Shown piece after piece: positions 52,732 to 58,366 of a stretch of 58,366 nt of DNA. The notes under the pieces were generated by a model. That model saw nothing but the letters and a program-made list of their open reading frames with translations, did no database searches and had not been told where the DNA came from. Made by a program: the position numbers and the translations under genes. Source of the stretch: a virus (lineage: Duplodnaviria; Caudoviricetes); the IMG/VR virus record IMGVR_UViG_3300045965_000268, positions 1 to 58,366 of that record; one strand, 5' to 3'. Each line of letters opens with the position of its first letter. Positions within the stretch are counted from its first letter, which is position 1.

Positions 52732-54600
52732 TCATTCGCTTATCTCGTACAGCACGGCATTCTTCGCCGCCTGACCGACCGCCTTGATTCGGCCGTCATC
52801 GATGAGTCGATTGATGCCCCGCTTGATCGTCTTGGCGCTCTTCTTCAGGCGGTCCGAGAGAGCTCCAATGCTGACGCCCGGCTTCCCGACCAGCGGGTCC
52901 TCGCGTGGCAAGGATGCGATCGCCTGAATGATGAGATCCTCCGCGCCGGCCCCCTCCTCGTCGTCCTTGGTGCTCAGCCGGACGAGCGTCGGCGCATACG
53001 CGGGCCCTTCGGACTGGATCACCAGGCGGAAGGCAGGGGTCGCGGGGCCATCCTTCGCCTGGACAGTGACGCGAACGGCCCCCTGCTTGCGGCCGACGGG
53101 TTCGAAGAAGAGGGATTGCTCGGCCCAGGCGCCGAGGACGAAGCTGCCGCCAATCTCCTGCGAGCCACGGCTGACCCGGAAGCCCTGGGCCTTGCGGTAA
53201 TGGTGCAGCACGCGGAAGACGACTCCGTACCGGCGTCGAAGATCGTCGAGGATCGCCAGCAACCCGGAGGCCTCGGCCGCCTTGTTGAGGTCACGGGCGG
53301 TGACCTTGCGCAGGACATCGATGTAGATCACCGCGGGGCGGAAGTCGGCGATCATCGCGTCGAGCTGGGCGACCTTCGCCTTGTCGTCGAAGGTGAAGCC
53401 GGACCAGACCTCGAGGCGAAACCAGGCGTCCAGGTCGCTCTGGAGCGCGGGATCGTCGGGATCCAAGCCGCGGCCGCGGAGCAGCGCGCGCAGACGCATC
53501 TGCGTGCGGCGGGGGGAATCCTCCTCCTCGAGGAGGAACACGCGCCGACGGACCGGGACGGCGAACCGCCCGCACACGGCGGTGCCCGTGCACAGGCCGA
53601 TCGCCTCGTCGAGGGAATAGTAGGTCTTGCCGAGCTTCTCCTCGCCGCCGACCCAGCCACCGCCGTCGGAGGACAGCACGCCTTCGATATAGGTCTCGCT
53701 CGGCGGATACTGCCTCGCGAGGAACTCGCCGGCGCCGACGCCGAGCGGCCGGACCTCGTCGGGCGAGGCGGGGGTCGTCGACGACGACGTCGCGGCTGCG
53801 AACTCCGGCCGATCTGGCTGGCGAGTCGCATGCGTGGCGATCTCCCGAACCTCGCCCTCGGGAAGCGGTGGCCTGCAGCGGGCGCGGTTCTCCTCGAGGA
53901 GGGCCACAGTGACCGCGCCAGCGGTAAGCCCCTTGGCCACGAGCGAACGCGCCAGGCGATAGAGCTGGTCGTTGCGTTGGCCTTCCGGAAAGGGCTCGGC
54001 GGCACCGTTCGTTGACGCGGGCACCGGCGCCGGGGGCGGCGTGAGCAGGAGCTGGAGCACGTGGTCGGGGAGCTCGGCGAGCGTCATCTCGTCGGGGCTG
54101 GTGAGCCAGGTGTACCGATTCCCCGACACGTGCAGGCTCGGAGGCAGCAGCGCGAAGCCGCCGTCTCCGCGAACGTCGAGCCCCGGGAGGATCCCGGCGC
54201 GATTGCCGATCCGCCGGCCGTCCCGCGGGTGGCGGAAGAACTGCTGCCAGCCGCCCTCGGCGCGGCCGGTCTTCTGCAGCCAGGTCGTCGCCGGCGTGCG
54301 CAGGCTCCGCAGCGAGGCGAGGCCCTCGGGCCCGTCAGCGTCGAGCATGACGATGCCGGGGGCGGCGCCGGTGACCGTGGCGATGTTCGCCTCGGGCCAG
54401 CGCGACCACCACTCGTCGACCTGGTCGACATGCGGCGCCTCGTGCTGGAACGGCTCCCAGCTGATCAGCGGGCGCTTGCCGACGTCGCGCCCCTCGTGGC
54501 CGCGCCCGCAGCCGCAGCGCCCGTCGACGGCCCAGCAGGTCGGGATCGGGTGTAGTCCATGGAGCAAGTATTGGCGCGCGTGCTCGAGGAGCGCGGTCAC
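52732..54600 (-). CDS. Bifunctional primase-polymerase + PriCT + AAA/RecA-type helicase
   Basis: GKRPL..W, WPEANIA..TG, VMLDADG, LDVRGDGGFALLPPSLH, EGQRNDQL, GEEKLGKT Walker A, IYIDV Walker B, C-terminal wHTH. Confidence 0.93.
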   Translation of the reverse strand: MTALLEHARQYLLHGLHPIPTCWAVDGRCGCGRGHEGRDVGKRPLISWEPFQHEAPHVDQVDEWWSRWPEANIATVTGAAPGIVMLDADGPEGLASLRSLRTPATTWLQKTGRAEGGWQQFFRHPRDGRRIGNRAGILPGLDVRGDGGFALLPPSLHVSGNRYTWLTSPDEMTLAELPDHVLQLLLTPPPAPVPASTNGAAEPFPEGQRNDQLYRLARSLVAKGLTAGAVTVALLEENRARCRPPLPEGEVREIATHATRQPDRPEFAAATSSSTTPASPDEVRPLGVGAGEFLARQYPPSETYIEGVLSSDGGGWVGGEEKLGKTYYSLDEAIGLCTGTAVCGRFAVPVRRRVFLLEEEDSPRRTQMRLRALLRGRGLDPDDPALQSDLDAWFRLEVWSGFTFDDKAKVAQLDAMIADFRPAVIYIDVLRKVTARDLNKAAEASGLLAILDDLRRRYGVVFRVLHHYRKAQGFRVSRGSQEIGGSFVLGAWAEQSLFFEPVGRKQGAVRVTVQAKDGPATPAFRLVIQSEGPAYAPTLVRLSTKDDEEGAGAEDLIIQAIASLPREDPLVGKPGVSIGALSDRLKKSAKTIKRGINRLIDDGRIKAVGQAAKNAVLYEISE

Positions 54601-55115
54601 GCGGGCTGGTCCACGGCGTCGTTGGCCAGCGGATCTGGTCCTGGATGCGTGGCGCCGCTCTGTCGGATGACGTCGTCGAGCGCCTCGAGCTCGCCCAGGA
54701 CGTCCCGCGTCTCTCGCAGGGCGGCCACGCTCCATTCCTGACAGCGCGCGCAGAACGGGACGAGGGGGCTCTCGTCGGCGCCGCCGAAGACGACGGGCAC
54801 CAGGTGCTGGACGGTGAGCCCGATGCCGAGGCGCTCGCAGAGGGAGCGTGGCTTCCCACAGAAGCCACAGTGGTTGCCGTTCGCCGACCAGACATCGTCC
54901 GGTCGGGGCGTACCGACCCGTCGAAGCTTCCGCTCGGCGGCGCCGTTCTGCTTCAGCCATTGCACGTCGACGAGGGGCGCCTGAGATCCGCACGCGGGGC
55001 AGATCGGGCGAATACCGCCGTTGTTCGGATGTCGGGGGCTGGGCTCAAGCCCGACGTGGCCGCAGGCGCGGCAGGACAGGATGCTACGTGACTCCTCGAA
55101 CTCCTTGAGGGTCAT
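54597..55115 (-). CDS. HNH endonuclease-like protein with zinc ribbon
   Basis: CRAC..CPAC followed by CGFCG...LTVQHLVPVVFGGAD...LVPFCARC. Confidence 0.7.
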   Translation of the reverse strand: MTLKEFEESRSILSCRACGHVGLEPSPRHPNNGGIRPICPACGSQAPLVDVQWLKQNGAAERKLRRVGTPRPDDVWSANGNHCGFCGKPRSLCERLGIGLTVQHLVPVVFGGADESPLVPFCARCQEWSVAALRETRDVLGELEALDDVIRQSGATHPGPDPLANDAVDQPA

Positions 55116-55347
55116 GGAGGACCTCGTGGCGTGGTACTGGTGCCCAGCGAAATCCAGACGAGAAGCGGAGTCCAAGGCGGGAGGGAGGAAATGGGTCGGG
55201 GCTCGGCGTCAGCGTGCCGTCTGGAGGTACCGACCTCCTTTCGGGACTGATCCTGATCGCATGGCCACCCTCGGCGACGATCGCGCCCAGGACGGCGCGC
55301 TCGGCCTCGGGGCTGTGCGGCGGGACGGCCGGCGAGCTGGGGGTCAC
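55084..55347 (-). pseudogene. Short ORF beginning with the DnaB N-terminal motif (fragment)
   Basis: VPPHSPEAERAVLGAI resembles DnaB PPHSxEAEQxVLG; the remainder shows no recognisable similarity. Confidence 0.5.
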
Positions 55348-55952
55348 CCGAGGGTCAAGGACGGGCTCCTGGGCACAGCGAGATCGAGGGATGGGAAGGG
55401 AGATCGAGGGCGAGAACCGTACTCCGGAAGATGGAAGCTATCGGGCCGAGGATGCTCGTCAGCGGGAAATCCGCACTGCGAACACGCCTCGTGGTACCCG
55501 TTGAGTCGGCAGGCGATCTGGTAACAGCCATAGAGCTTCGTGACGCCAGAAGACTGGAAGAGGTGAGCTTGAAGAACTGAGCAGCGGCCGCGGCCGCTGC
55601 AGCCCTTGTTGTAAGCCTTCATGTCCTTCGCCGGACTGAGACGAAAGCAGGACGGTCGAGCGTTTTCGAAGCGCGACCACATCAGAAAGAAGTCGAGTGG
55701 ATCGAACCAGGTCTTGTAGCTGAGGTGTCGCAGCCAGTCTCTTCGCTCACGTACGCTGTCCATGAATCCGCGGCCGCGATTACGGAACAGGACGTAGTAA
55801 TGCTCTGAGTGTGATGTGCATCCCCCGGTGTACCGCCATGTACCAGATCGCGGCTCGTACCATCGTGCCCGATCTGGTGTCCAGGAAAAGCTGTACGCCT
55901 CCTCTCGGACGCAGGCCTCACAGAGGGGGCCTGGCGACGCCACCTTGGCCAT
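55344..55952 (-). CDS. Hypothetical Cys/aromatic-rich protein
   Basis: TAATG-coupled to the upstream gene. Confidence 0.5.
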   Translation of the reverse strand: MAKVASPGPLCEACVREEAYSFSWTPDRARWYEPRSGTWRYTGGCTSHSEHYYVLFRNRGRGFMDSVRERRDWLRHLSYKTWFDPLDFFLMWSRFENARPSCFRLSPAKDMKAYNKGCSGRGRCSVLQAHLFQSSGVTKLYGCYQIACRLNGYHEACSQCGFPADEHPRPDSFHLPEYGSRPRSPFPSLDLAVPRSPSLTLG

Positions 55953-56782
55953 TACTTCAGTGCCTCCATCTCCTCGCCCTTCCTGATGCGCAAGATCTTC
56001 AGGTCCCGACCGTCACGCGCTGCGTTCCAGGCCTTGATGCAGAAGAAAATGAGATCTCGCGTGATGAGCTTCCGGCGGCTCCCCTTGTTCTGGACGAGGA
56101 GCTCGCGCAGAACATAGAACGGGTCTGATGCGGCGAGGTTCTCTCCGGTGATCATCGCTGAGACGAAGCGGTCGGCGAGCGCGGCGTCCTTCTTGGAGAA
56201 GATCACGTGCAAGAAGGTGCCGACGCCACGTCCGAGCAGATTCAGGCCGTGTGTCCGCTCCAGGCTCTGACGGACCGAGGGGTCGGCGTCGAGGATCTTG
56301 CGGGCGACGGCATGTGACACGGTCGTGCCGCTCAGGCGCGTCGTGCTGGTGGTCGGGTCCCACTTACCGAGCAACGTCAACGCGGCGGCGAGGATTCCAG
56401 GATGATTCTCGCCACTGCTGTGCAGCACGTCCTTCAGCGTCCGGCGTTCCCCGCTGTCGAGGTAGACGAAGGCATTGCGAGGGACGCCGACCGCAATCCA
56501 GACGTCCGTGGGCATGCCAGCCTGGACGATCGCACGGAGTCGGTTCTGCCCGTCGACGAGGTCAGCGCCGTGAAGATGCCCGTCGCGCTCCTTCTCGAAT
56601 TTGATGGTTTCGCCTGTGTGGACGTACCAGTCGCCGCGCAGGATGTCGCTGGCAATTCTGGTCACCAGCATGGCTTTGAAGCCACGGTTGACGATCACGC
56701 CCGCCCTGATCGCCTCCTCGTGCTCTTCGATGAGTCGTTTCGCTTCGCCAGGGATGAACCGTTCTATGCGGAAGGTCAACAT
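55952..56782 (-). CDS. ParB-like (DGQxR-motif) phage protein
   Basis: NR...IASDILRGDW...GETIKF...LVDGQNRLRAIV...LDSGERRT; GAGGAGG RBS. Confidence 0.75.
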   Translation of the reverse strand: MLTFRIERFIPGEAKRLIEEHEEAIRAGVIVNRGFKAMLVTRIASDILRGDWYVHTGETIKFEKERDGHLHGADLVDGQNRLRAIVQAGMPTDVWIAVGVPRNAFVYLDSGERRTLKDVLHSSGENHPGILAAALTLLGKWDPTTSTTRLSGTTVSHAVARKILDADPSVRQSLERTHGLNLLGRGVGTFLHVIFSKKDAALADRFVSAMITGENLAASDPFYVLRELLVQNKGSRRKLITRDLIFFCIKAWNAARDGRDLKILRIRKGEEMEALK

Positions 56783-57045
56783 GGTGTCCTCCTCGAGTGG
56801 GGCGGTCGGTGCTTCTCTGGAATAGGGCTCACATAGATGGCATCTTCTCGGATCACGACGCGAGCGCCAGCCAGGAGCCGCCGCCAGGCTTCATTGGCGA
56901 GCTGTCGCGGTGTCATGAGGCGACCGTCGCAGGGCGGGCCTTCGAGGCCCGTGGCCGACAGATCTCCACAGGGGGCGCCCGCCCGGAAGAAGATCGCGCT
57001 ATACCAGCAGCCGCAGCGAGAGCAGAGCAGGTCTTCCTTCGGCAT
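56776..57045 (-). CDS. Small Cys-rich hypothetical protein
   Basis: CSRCG...C..C; part of the minus-strand small-gene run. Confidence 0.45.
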   Translation of the reverse strand: MPKEDLLCSRCGCWYSAIFFRAGAPCGDLSATGLEGPPCDGRLMTPRQLANEAWRRLLAGARVVIREDAIYVSPIPEKHRPPHSRRTPC

Positions 57046-57362
57046 CGCATCACGCCTCGAAGAACACCGCGGCCGCGCGCACCTCGCCGCGGCCCTCGAT
57101 CAGTTCCAACGTCTTGAGCTTTCCGATGCTTCCGTCCCGTCTCTCGGGTCGCCAGATCGCGCGGTCAGCAGCCTCGTGGGCGGCTCCGGACCTCTTCTTC
57201 CTCGGCGTCATACGTCCATGTCCTCCGTGATCCCTGCCCGGACCTTCCACATCGGCAGCGGCGGCACGAGGTGGTAGGGGACGAGGAGGTACCCGGACAA
57301 CCCGCAATACTTCGGGTGCTGGCGCATGCAGTCGCAAGGCTCGCTCACGTCGCAGGACTCGC

Positions 57363-57830
57363 TCATGTCTGCTCTCCTACCATGGCCCGAGCGCCGGTGT
57401 TGGCCGTGCGCAGCCAGGCCCACTCGTTCGATTGCGGCGCCGGCGCGAGGCTGACCCTCTGAACGATGCGTCGCGCCTCGGGCTCCAGGCGCACCGTGTC
57501 GCGGATGCTGGAGGACCGTGGCAGCTTCGAGCGCGTGATCGCGGCCCGGGCCGCGCGCGCGGCTCGCTGGCTGCATCTGAGCCGGCAATACTTCGTGTTG
57601 GATCTCTTTGGCCGGAAGATCCGCCCGCACGTCGGACATCTCCGCGCGTCTCTCGGGGGCCGTGTCTTGTCGGGTCGCGTTGGCTGCGGAGACTCAGGAC
57701 GTGGCTGTCGCAGCGTCGGCGGCGTCGATCCCACACGCACCGCGTGGGCGGCCGCGGCGCACTTGTAGATCACGAAGTCGTCGCCGACGTCCCAGGGGTG
57801 CATCAGGGATCCGCAGCGGGAGCAGGTCAT
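57363..57830 (-). CDS. Zinc-finger hypothetical protein
   Basis: CSRCG N-terminus and CPTCGRIFRPKRSNTKYCRLRC. Confidence 0.6.
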   Translation of the reverse strand: MTCSRCGSLMHPWDVGDDFVIYKCAAAAHAVRVGSTPPTLRQPRPESPQPTRPDKTRPPRDARRCPTCGRIFRPKRSNTKYCRLRCSQRAARAARAAITRSKLPRSSSIRDTVRLEPEARRIVQRVSLAPAPQSNEWAWLRTANTGARAMVGEQT

Positions 57831-58051
57831 TCGTCCGGGTTCCCCGCCAGTAGGGCCCGGAGCGACGCGCCGGAATACAGCGCGTTGAGCCTCGGCACGA
57901 GTTCATCGCCGAGCGTGCGCGCCGTGCCGGGCACCCGCTCCGGCTCGACCATCGTCCCGAATTTCGTCGCGCCGTACCGCGCGAGGATGCGCCGGACCTC
58001 GATCTCGGACTTCTCGACGGAGACGGTTGTCCCCTGGGCGTAGCGGCCCAT
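57827..58051 (-). CDS. Conserved phage hypothetical protein, possibly internally shortened
   Basis: MGRYAQGTTVSVEKSEIEVRRILARYGATKFG; GAGGAGG RBS. Confidence 0.55.
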   Translation of the reverse strand: MGRYAQGTTVSVEKSEIEVRRILARYGATKFGTMVEPERVPGTARTLGDELVPRLNALYSGASLRALLAGNPDE

Positions 58052-58110
58052 CAGATCCTCCTCGGAGAGAGCACCCAGCCAATCCGCGCGCCGAAACCCG
58101 GGCCCGGGAG

Positions 58111-58180
58111 CGATTGCCACTTCGATTGCCACTCCGGGCCGGATTCGGTGTCGGAACGTGTCGTTACGTGTCGTTGGGTG
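58111..58180. repeat. attP arm: integrase arm-type and RDF-like repeats
   Basis: CGATTGCCACT at 58111 and 58123; GTGTCG-initiated 10-mers at 58148, 58158 and 58168; matching GGTTGCC pair at 85 and 97 on the other arm. Confidence 0.65.
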
Positions 58181-58237
58181 GCCGACACGCAAGGGGCGAG
58201 AACGGCGGTGAACACGGCGGAATTATTGAGGGAAGTG

Positions 58238-58289
58238 TGGTGACCCCGGCGGGATTCGAACCCGCGATCTCGACCTTGAAAGGGTCGCG
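58238..58289 (-). other. attP core: 3' half of tRNA-Glu(TTC) (also at 1-50)
   Basis: Minus strand CGACC-CTTTCAA-GGTCG AGATC GCGGG-TTCGAAT-CCCGC CGGGGTC ACCA. No D arm or 5' acceptor strand. Confidence 0.9.
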
Positions 58290-58366
58290 GCGACACTTAT
58301 GATCTCGCGTGCTTGCGCGGCGTGGTTGCCACGCGGGTTGCCGTTTCGACCCTGTGAGCGGCCACG

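Larger units (their letters stand above)
1..58366. mobile_element. Complete temperate tailed phage (siphovirus-like, HK97-fold capsid), excised/circular form
   Basis: Integrase, attP, repressor, replication, terminase, portal, protease, capsid, tail tube, tape measure and lysis genes are all present. No host housekeeping genes; ends overlap. Confidence 0.95.

Noticed and set aside
58240-58366. Biological terminal repeat, or an attL/attR pair
   Set aside because: It is exactly 127 bp, includes int coding sequence and has no host flanks. Assembler overlap on a circle explains it better.

Overview
The window is a complete, circularly assembled, GC-rich temperate siphovirus genome of about 58.2 kb. 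The first 127 bp repeat exactly at 58240-58366, which is most likely assembler overlap. The contig opens at attP, whose core is the 3' half of a tRNA-Glu(TTC). Almost all genes are on the minus strand. In transcription order: Cro-like regulator, recombination genes (putative SSB/annealing protein, HNH, SbcD, SbcC, Hjc-like nuclease, ParB, HNH, Gp37/Gp68), excisionase, tyrosine integrase, attP, ParB-like protein, primase-polymerase/helicase, iteron origin, terminases, an accessory cluster (methyltransferase, O-antigen-ligase-like protein, J-domain protein), portal-MuF fusion, protease, HK97-fold capsid, neck, non-contractile tail with a -1 frameshifted chaperone, tail-tip and fibre proteins, and a lysis cassette. 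A short plus-strand immunity/accessory island (about 12.9-18.1 kb) carries a CI-like repressor, an ImmA/IrrE-like protein with HExxH changed to HALGH, a tRNA-Thr(CGT), a DUF4258/MqsA-like toxin-antitoxin pair and an orphan HicB. Most notable: (1) an unannotated 42-aa ORF that closely copies the C-terminus of the primary sigma factor, coupled to the portal gene and placed ahead of a small ORF and an internal late-operon terminator; (2) a class III nucleotide cyclase with a coiled-coil/transmembrane tail at the head of the lysis cassette; (3) a Wzy_C/O-antigen-ligase-like gene in the packaging region. All calls come from motif recognition by eye; no database searches were run.
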